From the human T2T-CHM13v2.0 reference genome, Homo sapiens, in assembly GCF_009914755.1 (NCBI RefSeq), contig NC_060927.1: DNA of 64,000 nt. One strand, given 5' to 3'. The notes below the pieces were generated by a model. It was not told the origin of the DNA, searched no databases, and worked only from the letters and a program-made list of their open reading frames with translations. Both the position numbers and the translations under genes were made by a program. Positions 1 through 13,714 of this stretch are shown one piece after another (position 1 is the first letter of the stretch; every line of letters begins with the position of its first letter).

Positions 1-367
1 TTATAGCACCCTTCATTCACTACCAGAAAAAAAAAGGGGCAGACAATAATTTGGATCTTAAAAATTTGAGTCTTAAGACACATAAAATGATAGTAGCTAG
101 ATTCTTGGATAATCTCAATGGTCATTGAAAATCTGCTGCTAAGAAACAGTAGTATTTTCTACTTCTTTTCTCCTTGAAGCAGGTCTTACAACAATTTCCT
201 CAATTTGGAGACCTGCCTTTTTTTTTTAATAAAGATCCCAAAAAGACCTCTAAGTCTAGCAACAGAACCCATTTCAAGTTACATAATTAAGAATCTTTCA
301 TTCTTGATTAATTACAGTTTGGTCCTTTGAGAAATTAAGTTTCAGTACTCTTAGAAATATATTATGT

Positions 368-503
368 TGCTATGGTCTGAATATGTCACTTAAAATTGTT
401 GCTGAATTTCTCAGTCTGTAGAACTGTAAGAAATAAATTTATTTTGTTTATAAGTCACTCAGTTTCTAGTATTTTTTAATAGCAGCCCAAACAGACTAAA
501 ACA
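368..503 (+). mobile_element. Internally deleted MaLR (MLT1A/MST-like) LTR remnant
   Basis: Begins TGCTATGGTCTGAAT (MaLR 5' end) and within ~40 bp joins the 3' end AGAACTGTAAGAAATAAATTT...AGCAGCCCAAACAGACTAAAACA. Confidence 0.6.
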
Positions 504-2651
504 TATAGTGTGACAATGCAAATGGATATAAACATGTCAATGATGTTCCAAGTCTCTCTTGAATGTTATGATCCCAAAGGAAGCTTGACATAACTTGTAA
601 CACATGCTATTTAAGAGCAATCTATGATTTTCAAAAACCTGGATGACTGGGTTCAGGGCCAAAGTGGTAGAGGTGTGAGTGATGTACATTCCAACTGTTG
701 CTAATAAACCACTTTCAAAATGTTAGCTTGGCATTACTGAAAACTCAGAGAAAAATGTGAGAGACTGAAGTGGCCATATGGGACTCTTTATCTAGCTATG
801 TTTAAAGATACAAAAGGGGGTTTTATATTTAGCTAAGTTGGTAAACTCCATGAAAAAGAAATATGTATGTTGTAGTAGAATAAGGACATAGAGAATCATG
901 AATCGAATTGTGGAAATCCCAGAATAGGTTTTGTTTAAATTTTTAGTGGTAAAAAATTCCAAAATTACTTCAATCTTATTTTTGAAAAACACAAGAAACA
1001 CAAACCCATAAATTATTAATAGTTGGGTCAGTAGTCTAGGCAAAAATAAATAAATAAATAAATGCTTTCTATCTGAAATGCAAGTGATAATAAGGCAATG
1101 AGAAGATGTCTGATGAAAAACCAAAGTAGTGGCTACAACATCTTGATCAGTTAAAAATAAGTGCTGTATATACTCTATAAATTTCCATCATCTTGTCCAT
1201 ATGTCTGTTTATCTAATTATTTATTTTCTCTTCTTTGCTCTAACTAATGTAATGTGAAATTTATACCTGTATATGAAAGTTTTTAGTTAAACTTTGCACT
1301 TGCTTAAGAATTTGTAGAACATATAAAAGTTATTGGGACAGAACTAAGTAACATAATGAAATTATTCAGATATTCTAGTGCCCAGATGTCTAATAGTATC
1401 TCCTTTGGACTTAATATCTAGAAATTTCCAGTCTCCACTGGGAAGGATTATTGTTTCCAATCATACAGTTGTATTTTCTTAAGTAGTTTGATTGTATTCA
1501 CAGGAATAAATGGGTGCATACACTGAGCAAACAAAGGGAAGGATATAGTTATTGGTTAATTTTAGCTATCTAACATCCTTTCACTTGGTGATTTGTGTTT
1601 TATTCAGTATGTAGCTCTGATGAAATTGCCAATAAAAGGACCAAGCTTCACTGATCACAAGAAGTAATATGGAATCCATACTATCATATTCCCATTTTCT
1701 GAAAACTTAACCATGAGTTGGGGCTTCAAGGACAGGAGGCTTCTGACATTGGGTTATCTGATGGCACAACACCAAAGAGACATTCTACACTGGTTTGAAC
1801 TGAGAGCAATGGACCTGAGACCATTCTTGAAACCAGGTATACTGGGTAATCATTTGATTTTTTTTTTTTTTTTTGCTACTCGATGTCATATTACTAAATC
1901 ATTGATTCATGTTTAATTATGTAAGCAAATATTTCTATTGCTTATAATTGAAGAATTCTTAGGATATAAACCTAAAAACAAAATAATTTTAAAAAATAAA
2001 ATATTGGCTTTCAGAAAATTCAAAAATATACAGATTTACAATTATATATTTATTTATCAATAAATAAGAAAGCATGAACCATAATCATAGTAAAAGCTCA
2101 GAGATAATGGGTAATTTCTACAGGTAAGAGTTATTAACTAAAAATACGGGCATATTTTATTATAATTCACAATAAAATCAGATGTTTTTATTTATATATA
2201 ATACTATATAACTGATTTCAAATTAAGCTCAATCAGAGCTCAAAAAAGTGGTTAATGGTTAGTTAAACCATGATATGTATTATGAATATGTTATAATAAT
2301 GTCAAAATATAGGTATTGCCTTAATCAAATATGTAAAGATTCTCTCATGAAATCAAATTTCTCAAATAATGTTAGTATAGAATGCTTAATAAGAACATTG
2401 AAGGTGATTTACAACTTGAATAGTTTCAATTTTTTTAACAATTAAGTTTCTTAGCAAACATGGAAAGTGGAATGCATGAGTAGGTAATATTGAGAATACA
2501 TTTCAGAGATAGAAACCCATTCTGAAGCAAGGAGCACTTTGTTGATTACAGTAAAAGTTATGTCAGATACAATGTTTGGAATGATGGCCATCATGATAGT
2601 GCTGAAATTATTAAACATTTTTACAAGGTGCCTGGGACTCTGCTAAGTCAT

Positions 2652-3012
2652 TGTATTAGTCTGTTTTCGCTGCTGATAGAGACTTACCTGAGACTGGGGT
2701 GGGGGAGTGGGGAAAAGAGGTTTAATTGGACTTACAGTTCCACATGGCTAGAGAGCCCTCAGAATCATGGCAGGAGGTGAAAGGCACTTCTTTCATGGTG
2801 GCAGCAAGAGAAAAATGAGGAAGAAAAAGCAGAAAGCCCCAATTAGCCCATCAGATCTTGTGAGACTTATTCATTTTCACGAGAATAACATGGGGAAAGA
2901 CCAACCCTCATGATTCAATTACCTCCCCCTGGGTCCTGCCCACAACACGTGGGAATTCTGGGGGATACAATTCAAGTTGAGTTTTGGGTTGGGACACAGC
3001 CAAACAATATCA
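2652..3012 (-). mobile_element. THE1 (THE1A-like) solo LTR
   Basis: TGTATTAGTCTG...GAGGTTTAATTGGACTTACAGTTCCACATGGC...GGGACACAGCCAAACAATATCA; 5-bp TSD GTCAT/GCCAT (1 mismatch). Confidence 0.9.
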
Positions 3013-3304
3013 GCCATTTATGAGTTTATTCTTATTTAATTTTAATAAGACTCTTACTAGATGAGGATATATTTTTGGAGAATGTGTGTATAGAACAGAA
3101 AATCAGAAAGCATTTGCGAGACTTATTTTAACAGTACAGGGTAAAGGTTTTCATTTTCATTCCCTAAAATTATGTTGCACACCTTGGAAATTGGTCTTAG
3201 TTATATAGACAGAGCCATGAAGAGTAACAATATTTATGGGCAAAGAAACCAGGTTGAATTTTATAGTTTTGCTTTAGTCAGATCCTAAAAGTTAAGTGTG
3301 ATGA

Positions 3305-3817
<513 letters not shown>

Positions 3818-5129
3818 TAAATTAAAGCATATTTTTGCTCTTCTAAGCCATACCTGTGCATATAGTTAACTTTTTCAGGTAATTACTTCCAGGTGCTTGC
3901 CTATAGGAATTCATTGCAATGCAATGAAATCAGAGTAATAAACTCATCAGCAAAAATTAACCCATAGGCATGTTACAGAGACACGTATACTTAAATGACA
4001 TCAGTATTATAATTTGTGGATTTTAGATGTTTATATTCATGATGAAGACAATCTCCTCCTAGGTAATTAAGAAGATCTACATACAACTAGGTATATTTGA
4101 CTTTATCCTAAGCTCACTGGACTATTTCATATGCCCAATTTTTAAATGGGGCTTTTAGATTTTTACCATTAAACATATAGAAATCTTTATGATTTGATTG
4201 TCCCATCATTCTAGTTAAGTAAAATACAATGCAACTTCCATTTTACTATCTGTTCATCTTGATTTCAGGCTCTGTGAAGAAAATTTAAATTGAATATTTA
4301 ACATTAGCTTTGGTGGAAAGAACTGAAATATTTCTTATTTTAGCATTTTATTTTTTAAAAATATTGTCTTAAATTGCTGAATTTACTTTAAATCACATGT
4401 AAGAATAATAAATTTCCATCCATTTCAAGTTCTTATCTATGGTACTTAGAGTTGTTGCATAATATTTTGATGATTTTAAGAGTTTACAGAGACTTTATAT
4501 TGGTATTTATGTTAGAACAAAGAAAAGCATTTTATTTCAAGCAGGAAACATTCGTTGAGCGCCTTATTGATATTTATTAAATTCCTGTGGTATAAGTATT
4601 GTCAGCTGCAGGGAACACCACTCATAAAAACATGTAAGGTCTATGTAAATAAGTATAGAAATATGAGTAAATAAGACTAAAATTATATACCTATATATTT
4701 ACATATATATAGCCATTTTAAAAATATATCTTTTGTTATATATTTTGGGCTTGTGTTTTATTTTTGCTCAAATCATTATGTTATTCTTATAAAACAGTAC
4801 CACTGAGCAACATTCAGGTAGAAAGTCAACTTTAGCAGGATTATTTTCTTTTTTTTTTTCAGCTCTATTTTCACTTACACATAGTTAGGAGCATTACAAG
4901 AAATAAGGAATGCTTAGTTGAACAAAACCCCTCTAGAAAACTTAAAAAGAATTACAAATACATGCTAGAAACACAAATGATTCTTTAATTTACTCTGTGT
5001 GAAAAAAACTCTAAATTTAGATTTTAAAAATCTCAGAAAAGTAGAATTTTGAATTTCAAAGACATTTGAAATTAGATGAAGTTATGTATTGAATTACAAT
5101 AAATTTGGAGGGAATATTTAGATTCTACC

Positions 5130-5479
5130 TGTTATAGCATTAATGTATTTTAAGAAAAGCATGTGTTTAAAACTTACTTACCAATGCAACAGTGTTGGAA
5201 AGTGAAGGCTAATCAGTTTTTCCACTATGAGGGCTCCACACTCATGCATGGATTGATTTCAGTTATAAAAGTGCTTGAGTCTGTGAGTTCAACCACTTTC
5301 TCTCAGGCTCACTCTTTCTTTGCCCTGACACCATCAGATGAAACAGCAAGAAGGCACTCACCAGATGTGGGCCCATGATCTTGTACTTCCCAATATTCAG
5401 AACTGTTAGCCAAAGAAATTTCTGTTTATTTTAAAAGTCTGTGCTACTCTGTTAGAGCAGCATGAAACAGACTAAGACA
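5130..5479 (+). mobile_element. MaLR LTR (MSTC/MSTD/MLT1A-like)
   Basis: TGTTATAG start, CAGCAAGAAGGCACTCACCAGATGTGGGCCC, ends AAACAGACTAAGACA. Confidence 0.75.
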
Positions 5480-6198
5480 TCATCAGTGCATCACATATCA
5501 GTGACCCCTTATTTGTAAATTTGGTGGATATTATTTTTGAAAAATAATTGAGGCCACCATAGAGACAACATCACTTAGGTATTATGAATAATTAGGCAAT
5601 CTGAGAGACCTGTCAATTCACAAAGAAACCTTACATAAGGCAGCCTTTTGTAAGCATTATGGTAACACAAATATATGGAAATACTCTTGAAAGGACTCGC
5701 TGATAGAGAGTACTGGGAGTTATTTTGCAGGAAGCTAACAACAACAACAAAAATCCAAAAGCAAATTGGACTGCAGTCCTGAGCACCTGGGAATGTGGTG
5801 GCCAAGAACTTGAATTTCTGCTTACTATAATGGAAGAGGGAATACACAAAATACAGAGGCATGGAGTCAGGAAGCCAGTTTCAGAGAAGTAGGAAATTAC
5901 AAGTGCAAGAAGACGGAGTAACAGCTTGATCTAAATTTGTAGTTACAAGGGTTTGGTAGATGATTTGAGCACGGATCTTTACAGCAACACTGAAGTTAAT
6001 GATAGCAATCATTTGTACCTCAGCAAATGATTGAGCTGGGTCTAAAATTGCTAAAAACTAAAATGTGTGAAGAGCAGTTTACAATTTCCTAGATTAATAG
6101 GGATTTCCACTATTTGGCTACCAGCAGCAAAATGTTTGGTAAAAAACCTTCCACAAGTTAGACTCTTTGACATTTATAGGTTAAAATAAACCGTAATT

Positions 6199-6660
6199 TA
6201 TCAGTTGCTAATCATGTAAAACAAAAGCAATCCAGAACTCAGCATAAAAATAGATATTTGTTACCATGCTCACTGGAAAGTACACCAACTGGGAAATCTG
6301 TGTTTCATATTTTAGATTTACAGGTGCAATGGCCTGGCTCTACTTTAAGCATCAGTTCTAAGAATAAGTTGGGGCATTGTTGTTCTGGGTGGCTTTTACT
6401 CTGGAATCAGGGGGTTACCTGAGGAATGTTCTTATCACAGCAATGGTAAACACAAGAAGGCAAATAGAAACGTGCTTCAAAAAGACTTAGAATAGACACA
6501 CTATCATTTCATCTACAAACAACTGGGCAAAACTAGTCAAAGGCCAAGGTATCTATAAAAGTAATGGGAATATATAGTATGTCTCTTACTAGTATCACTT
6601 CAGTTATATAAGAAATGACCTACATATAGGTAAAGATTTAGAACAATAATTCAATCAACC
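6199..6660 (-). mobile_element. Ancient MaLR LTR (MLT1J/H-like), degraded
   Basis: Weak motifs, e.g. GGGCAAAACTAGTCAAAGGCCAAGG resembling MLT1J GGCCAAAGCAAGTCACATGGCCAAG; boundaries approximate. Confidence 0.35.
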
Positions 6661-6766
6661 ACCTACCACTTCCCAAATATTAACACATTTTGTGACAATC
6701 AAGACATTGTAAGAAAATATCAGAAACTAATTCAAATAAAAGTAAACTTAAGAACTACAGAAGTTG

Positions 6767-7116
6767 TGTTATAGTCAGAATGCTTTATCTCCCCAGATTC
6801 ATATGTTGAAACTTAATATCCAATATGGCAGCATTAGGAGGGACTTTGGGAGATTAGGGCACGAGGACAGAGTCCTCATGAATGGGGTTAACTTCCTTAC
6901 AAAGGAGGCCCAGGGGTGCTCATTCGCTCCTTCCCCCATGTGAGGAAACATAGAAGGCACCATCACTGAGCAAAAAGCCCTCAGCAGACCTTGAGTCTTT
7001 TGGTGCCTTTTCCTTAAAAGTGCCAGCCTCTAGAATTGTAAGAAATAAATTTCTATTGTTTATAAACTGTCCAGTTCATGACATTTTTGTTGCAACAGCA
7101 AAAATAGACTAAGATA
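6767..7116 (+). mobile_element. MLT1A0-like solo LTR
   Basis: CCCCCAGATTCATATGTTGAAAC...GTCCTCATGAATGGG...CAGCCTCTAGAATTGTAAGAAATAAATTTCT...AATAGACTAAGATA. Confidence 0.8.
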
Positions 7117-7199
7117 TGCTATATTTGTTAAGTTCAGAAAATAAAATTATTCTGTATAAACATGTTTAAAGAAAAAGCAGATAAAATTACAAAGGCAAG

Positions 7200-7900
7200 T
7201 AAATGCTAAGAAACTGTCAGTAACGATGAGTTAGAGTTGAAAAAATTAATAAAATATCTAGAAAAACACCACATAACTTGCCAAAAGTCAATGGATGAGT
7301 GAAAAACTAAAGAAAGAATTAACATGGAAGAACTATATTAGAAATGTATTTATAAGGCATTATAAAGAGATAGGAATATCAAAAACAAAAAAAGAGAGGC
7401 TAATTATAAAGAGGAAAGAATCAGAAGTGTCATCATTTATCTGAGAGGAGAAAGTGAGAAAATGAAGTGAAAAACTAAAGAGAAAATTGTTATGGATTAT
7501 CCAAAATTGGTTAAAAATGTAAATTTACAGATCTAGTAAAAATATTGCCTCAAAGGCAGGATAAGATAAATAATAATCACTAATATCTGCATTATGAGTC
7601 TTCTGAAAATTAAGATAATTTGAGACAGAGATGATTTTGAAATCAGTCACAGGAAAAGACTTTATTAGAAAAATTATAGTTATAATGACATCATGTTTGG
7701 TAACAAAAACAAATAATGAGAGCCAAAAAGTAGTAAAATAATATTTCAAAAGTGAAGGTAAAAACGACTTTTATAATTGTATATCCAGTAATATCATTCT
7801 TCAAAATTAAATGATATGAAAGTATTTTTAGATACATCAAGTTTGTCACTGAAATATTTATTCTAAATGAACTGCTAAAGGACAAGCATCAAGAAAAAGA
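7200..7900 (+). mobile_element. Ancient L1M/HAL1 ORF1-region remnant
   Basis: A-rich; CCAAAATTGG...AAATTTACAGATC and ATTGTATATCCAGTAATATCATTCTTCAAAA resemble L1 ORF1 C-terminal coding sequence. Confidence 0.5.
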
Positions 7901-8240
7901 AGATATGACTAAAATTGTCTAAGACAGAAGAACATATAATTTTTAAAAAGTTTTTGTTTTGTTGGGTTTTTTAATATTTAATTTTTATTTTTAAGTTTGT
8001 ATTAAGAAGGTTTAACTGTTGAGGGTTAAAAAAAAGATCAGAATCAAAAGATTCTACCAATATGTTTATATATGTCTGTGTGTATATGTTTAAAGGAAGG
8101 AAATCTTCTCATATGATAAAATATCTAGAAATCTGTAGTTCTAATATTGCCTTAACACATATACACACAGACACGTATAAACATATATGTGTTTAATTTG
8201 TCAATATTTTCTTTTACTTAAAGTATCACATGGGACACTT

Positions 8241-8551
8241 CAAGTAAAAGAAAATTTCTCAACAAATTAAATTAAACAGAATTAATTGGAGCAAAGAACA
8301 ATTCATGAATTGAGAGAGCACTCCCAACCAGAAGAGGTACGGAGAACTCTTCCCAGCAGTGTGAGTGGTGAGCTTTGATAGTTCAACACTGCAGCAAAAT
8401 GGAGAAATCACTGGATTGTCTGCAGCTAGGAATGTGGTTTATTTGTGAAGGATGTGAGGGGGCATTTACCTTATTTGACCATCATGTGATCAGTTGGCTT
8501 CCCAGGATTGGTGGAAGCTCCATTGTTAATGATTGTATGAAAAGTGGGCTG
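8241..8551 (-). mobile_element. Class-I ERV LTR fragment (family uncertain), interrupted by THE1
   Basis: AAAAGAAAATTTCTCAACAAATTAAATTAAACAGAATTAATTGGAGCAAAGAACAATTCATGAATTG and GCATTTACCTTATTTGACCAT resemble MER4-group/MER101-type LTRs. Confidence 0.45.
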
Positions 8552-10658
8552 TGTATTAGTGCATTTTCATGATGCTTGTAGAGACATACACGAGACTGGG
8601 AAGAAGAAAAGATTTAATTGGACTTACACTTCCACGTGGTTGGGGAGGCCTCAGAATCATGGCAGGAGGCAAAAGACACTTCTCACATGGAGGCAGCAAG
8701 AGAAAATGGGGAAGATGAAAAAGTGCAAACACCTGATAAACTCATCAGATCTCGTGAGACTTATTCACTACCACTAGAACAGTATGGGGGAAACCGCCTC
8801 CATAATTCAAATTATCTCCCACCGAGTCCCTCCCACAACATGTGGGAATTATGGGAGTACAATTTACGATGAGATTTGGGTGGGGAAACAGAGCTAAAAT
8901 ATATCATTCCATCCCTGCCCCTCCAAATCTCACGTCCTCACATTTCAAAACCAATCATGCCTTCCCAACAGTCCCCCAAAGTCGTAACTCATTTCAACAT
9001 TGACCCAAAAGTCTACAGTCCAAAGTCTCATCTGAGACAAGGCAAGTCCATTCTGCCTATGAGCCTGTAAAATCAAAAGCAAGCTAGTTACTTCCTAGAT
9101 ACAATGGGGGTACAGGTATTGGGTTCCAAATGGGAGAAATTGGCCAAAACAAAGTAGTTGCAGGGTCCATGCAAGTTCGAAATCCAGTGGGGCAGGCAAA
9201 TTTTAAAGCTCCATAATGATCTCCTTTGACTCCAGGTCTCACATCCAGGTCATGCTGATTTAAGACATGGGTTCCCATGATCTTGAGCAGCTCCACTTTT
9301 GTGGGTTTGCAGGGCACAGCCTCTCTCCTGGATGCTTTCATGGGCTGGCATTGAGTGTCTGTGGCTTTTCCAGGTGAACGGTGACAACTGTTGGTGGATC
9401 TACCATTCTGGGGGCTGGAGAATGGTGACCCTCTTTTCACAGCTCCACTAGTTGGTGCCCCAGTAGGGATTCTATTTGGGGGCTCCAACTCCATATTTCT
9501 CTTCTGCACTGCCCTAGCAAAAGTTCTCCATGAGGGCTCTGCCCCTGCAGCAAACTTCTTCCTGGGCATAGAGGTGTTTCCATACATCTTCTGAAATCTA
9601 GGCAGAGGTTGCCAAACCCCAATTCTTGACTTCTGTGCACTTGCAGGCTCAACACCACGTGGGAGCTGCCAAGGCTTGGGGCTTGCACCCTCTGAAGCTA
9701 TGGCCCAAACTCTACATTGTCCCCTTTCAGTCGCGCTGAAGTGGATGGGATGCAGGGAACCAAGTCCTTAGGCTGCACACTCACAGTGACCCTGGACCTG
9801 GCCCAAAAAAACATTTTCTCCTAGGCCTCCAGGCCTGTGGTGGAACGGCTTCCATGAAGACCTCTGACGTGCCCTGGAGACATTTTCCCCATTGTCTGGA
9901 GGATTAACATCAGGCTCCTTGCTACTTAGGCAGATTTATGCAGCTGGCTTGAATTTTTCCTCAGAAAATGGGTTTTTCTTTTCTATCACATTGTCAGCCT
10001 GCAAATTTTCCAAACTTTTATGTTCTGCTTCCCTTATAAAACTGAATGCCTTTAACAGCACCCAAATCACATCTTGAATGCTTTGCTGCTTAGAAATTTC
10101 TTTGGCCAGATACCCTAAATCATCTCTCACAAAGTTCCACAAATTTCTAGGGCAGGGGCAAAATACTGCCAGTCTCTTTGAGTAACCTTTGCTCCAGTTC
10201 CAAACAAGCTCCTTGTCTCCATCTGAAACCATCTTGACCTGGAATTTATTGTCCATATTGATATCAGGCTTTTGGGCAAAGCCATTCAACAAGTCTTTAG
10301 GAAGTTCCAAACTTTCCCACATTTTCCTGTCTTTTTCTGAGCCCTCCAAACTATTCCAACCTCTGCCAGTTACCCAGTTCCAAAGTCATTTCCATATTTT
10401 CAGGTATATTTTCAGCAATGCACCAATCTACTGATACCAATTTACTGTATTAGTCAGTTTTCATGCTGCTGGTAAAGATATACCTGAGACTGGGAAGAAA
10501 AGAGGTTTAATTGGACTTACAGTTCCACGTGGCTGGGAAGGCCTCAGAATCATGGCAAGAGGCAAAAGGCACTTCTTACATGGTGGCAATAAGAGAAAAT
10601 GAGAAAGATGCAGAAGTGGAAACCCTTGATAAAATCATCAGATTTCATGAGACTTATT
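8552..10658 (-). mobile_element. THE1A provirus: 3' LTR 8552-8906, THE1-int 8907-10445, truncated 5' LTR 10446-10658
   Basis: Two TGTATTAGT-starting LTR copies flank a typical THE1-int; PPT (minus strand GGGGCAGGGATGGAA) abuts 8906; ORFs 9084-9587 and 9936-10349 are THE1-int ORF remnants (MWESLELP, VSDGDKELV). Confidence 0.93.
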
Positions 10659-10659
10659 T

Positions 10660-12352
10660 TGATTAACAAAATGACCTCCAGTTGTATCCATTTTGATGCA
10701 AATTACAGTTTCATTCTTCTTTACGACTAAGTAACATTTCATTGTGCATATATACTACATTTTTTAATCTGCTAATCTATTGATAGGCACCTAGGTTGAT
10801 TCCCTATTTTGGCTACTGCAAATAGTGCTGCAATAAACATGAGAGTATAGATATCTCTTAGATATATTGGTTTCCTTTCTTGTGGATATATACTCAGTAG
10901 TGGAATTTCTGGATCATTTGAGAGATCTATTTTTAGTTTTCTGAGGAACCTTCATACTGTTCTCCATAGTGTCTTTAGTTTTCTGAGGAACCTTCATGCT
11001 GTTCTCCATAGTGTCTTTCCCAGACCCTCCATACTGTCTTTTCCTAGACAGTAAATGTACCAGTAACAGTGTATGAGGGTACTCCTTTCTCCACATTTTT
11101 GCTGGCATTTATTATTGCCTATCTTTTTGATATAAGCCATTTTAACTGGTGTGACATAATATTGCATTGTAGTTTTGATTTGCATTTCTCTGGTGTTTAG
11201 TGATGTTGAACATTTTTTTTTAAATACTTGGTGGCCATTAGTGTGTTTACTTTTGAGAAATTTCTGTTCAGACCTTTAGCCCATTCTTAAATTAGATTAT
11301 TTATTCCTTGCTATTGAGTTGTCTAAGCTTCCTGTATTTCTTGGTTATTAATACCTTGTTAGATGTTTGTAAATATTTGCTACCATTCTGTGGGTTGTCT
11401 ATTCATTTTGTTGATTGTTTCTTTTTCAATGCAGAAGGATTTTAGTTTTATGTAATCTCAACTGTCTATTTTTGTTTTGCTTGCCTGTATCTTTGAGGTA
11501 TTACACAAAAAATTTTCGCCCAAAACATTGGAGCATTGTCTCCAATATTTTCTTCTAATAGTTTCATAGTTTCAGGTCTTATATTCAAGACTTTAATTCA
11601 TTTTAATTTGATTGTTGTGTATGGTGAGAGGTAGCAGAGTAGTTCAACCTTCTGCACATAGTTGTCCAGTCTTCCCATCACCATTTATTGAAAAGACTGT
11701 CGTTTCTTCATTGTAACTTCTTGGTTCCATTGAAGACTACGAGTTGGTTATAAATTTGTGGATTTATATCTGAGTTCTCTATTCTGTTATTTTGAACTAT
11801 GTATCTGTTTTTATGTGAGTACCATACTGTTTTGGTTACCATAGCTTTGTAATAAAGTTTGAAGCCAGGAAATCTCATATCTCCAGTTTTGTTCTTTTTG
11901 CTCAGGATTGCTTTTGCTATTTGGAGTCTTTTGTGGTTCCACATAAATTGTAGAAGATTTTTTTCTATTTCTGTGAAGAATGTCATTTGTATTTTGGTAG
12001 GAATTATACTGAATCTGTAGTTTGTTTTGGGTACTATTGTTATCTTATCAATATAAATTCATACAATCCATGAGCATGACCTATTTTTTCTATTTTTGTC
12101 TTCTATTTATTTCATCAGAGTTCTGTGAAATTTTTTTATATGGATCTTTCATTTATTTGATTGGATTGATTCTTAGGTATTTTATAACATATTTATTGCA
12201 GCTATTGTAAATGGGATTGCTTTCTTGATTCTTTTCAGATTGTTCATTGCTGGCATATATAAAGGCGACTGATTTTTGTATGTTGATTTTGTATCCTGCA
12301 ATTTTACTGAAGTTGTTTAACAGTTCTAACAGTTTTTTTGGTGGAGTCTTTA
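10660..12352 (-). mobile_element. L1MA/L1PB fragment (ORF2 3' part and partial 3'UTR), 3' end missing
   Basis: ORF 11708-11986 MTFFTEIEKN...AKAILSKKNK...KLYYKA and [17 protein letters not shown] are L1 ORF2 C-terminal motifs. Confidence 0.88.
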
Positions 12353-12735
12353 CTAAATTTCTTTACCTATTTATCCATTGATGGACATATATATTTATTC
12401 TATATTTTTGCTGTAGATAAAAGTGTAGATTTTTTTTGACATACTGATTTCATTTTTTTTTTTTTTTTTGGATAAATACCCAGTGGTGAAATTGCTCGAT
12501 CATGTGATAATTTTAAGTTTTTGAAGAACCTTCATACTATTGGTACAACCATAATGGATGTACCAATTTATATTCCCAACAAAAGCATATAAGGGTTTCC
12601 TTTTCTCTACACTTGTTATTGTTCTGTATTTTGATAATAACCATTGTAATTGGAGTGAGATGATATTTCCTTATGCTATCTCACTGTGATCTCATTTTAT
12701 TTTGGTTTGCATATACCTGATGATTAGTGATATAT
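12353..12735 (-). mobile_element. Second L1M 3' fragment
   Basis: TTATCCATTGATGGACA, CCCAGTGGTGAAATTGCT, TGTACCAATTTATATTCCCAAC, TGATGATTAGTGAT match antisense L1 3' region. Confidence 0.7.
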
Positions 12736-12799
12736 AAATTATTTAGCCACTAAAGCCTTTAGGGTAGAGTCAGCTATAGCAGCTAATATTTGAGACAGA

Positions 12800-13615
12800 G
12801 TTCTAACTATAGTCTCATTTATATTTATGCTAAGCAACAGAAGAAACATTAAAACAAAGATGTCCTTTTAGAGGAGTTTATGCCTGCTGACAAATTATTC
12901 TTTATTCTATAGTTCAAATTATAAGGTATTGACCAATATTCAGTTTCTATTTGAATATGGAATAATCTAATTCAAATCTACATTGAGCCTAAAATAAGAA
13001 AATACCACTGACTGAGACAGGATTTGCTTACCTGTATGTTACCATCTATAGATAGAAGCAAATCCTTGAGGATTTCATCAGACAGTAACTGTGGGATGCT
13101 TTCTTGTATTTGGGGTCACGAATAGGGAAGTGCAAAGGCTCCATGATTAAATCATTGTATGGTTAGAGGCTACTGAGAGTTAAGGGATTAAGGTAATCCA
13201 TTTGTCCACAAATTGTCAAATTATCTTTCGCTTTGGTTTACTTACTCAATTTATGGAATAATTTATCTGAAAAACTCTCACTATAGGTTTCTCCTACTGT
13301 TAGATTTAAAAAAGGAGTCTAATACATGGATCTAAAAGTCTAACCCTATAGAAAGAACTAGATGTTCAATTTGAACAAGTAGTTGCCCTTGGAGGATCAA
13401 TTAAATCTGTTACAGGTGAACCAGAGGATCTTTAACTTATTGTAGGAATTTAGATTTAGCTTGACATATTCAATGTTCAGTTAAGTTTTCTGCATAAGCT
13501 ATCAATCATGAAATCATAATCCTAGTATTATTTTGCCACACTAAACAGAAAGAAGGCACAGGGAAAAGAGGAGAAGGGAATACGGTTGTAGTATTGTTAG
13601 TGAAGTCTTGATCCA
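12800..13615 (-). pseudogene. Decayed class-I ERV env (SU N-terminus) remnant
   Basis: Minus-strand translation from ~13615: MDQDF...FCLVWQNNTRIMIS*LIAYAENLTEH*ICQAK, resembling gamma-type Env NLTxCWIC; lies downstream of integrase on the same strand; left boundary uncertain. Confidence 0.5.
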
Positions 13616-13714
13616 TAATCTTGGGGAAGTTGTTGTGTCTAGTATGGCATCTGCTTCTGGGAAGAAACCTCTCTCTGCCAGTTTTACCTTGAGTTATCCA
13701 ACAGGTGCACAGTT

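Noticed and set aside
792-1124. 110-aa hydrophobic ORF
   Set aside because: F/I/L bias expected from AT-rich sequence, non-ATG start, no recognisable domain.
9084-10349. 167-aa and 137-aa ORFs as genes
   Set aside because: Broken THE1-int ORF remnants.
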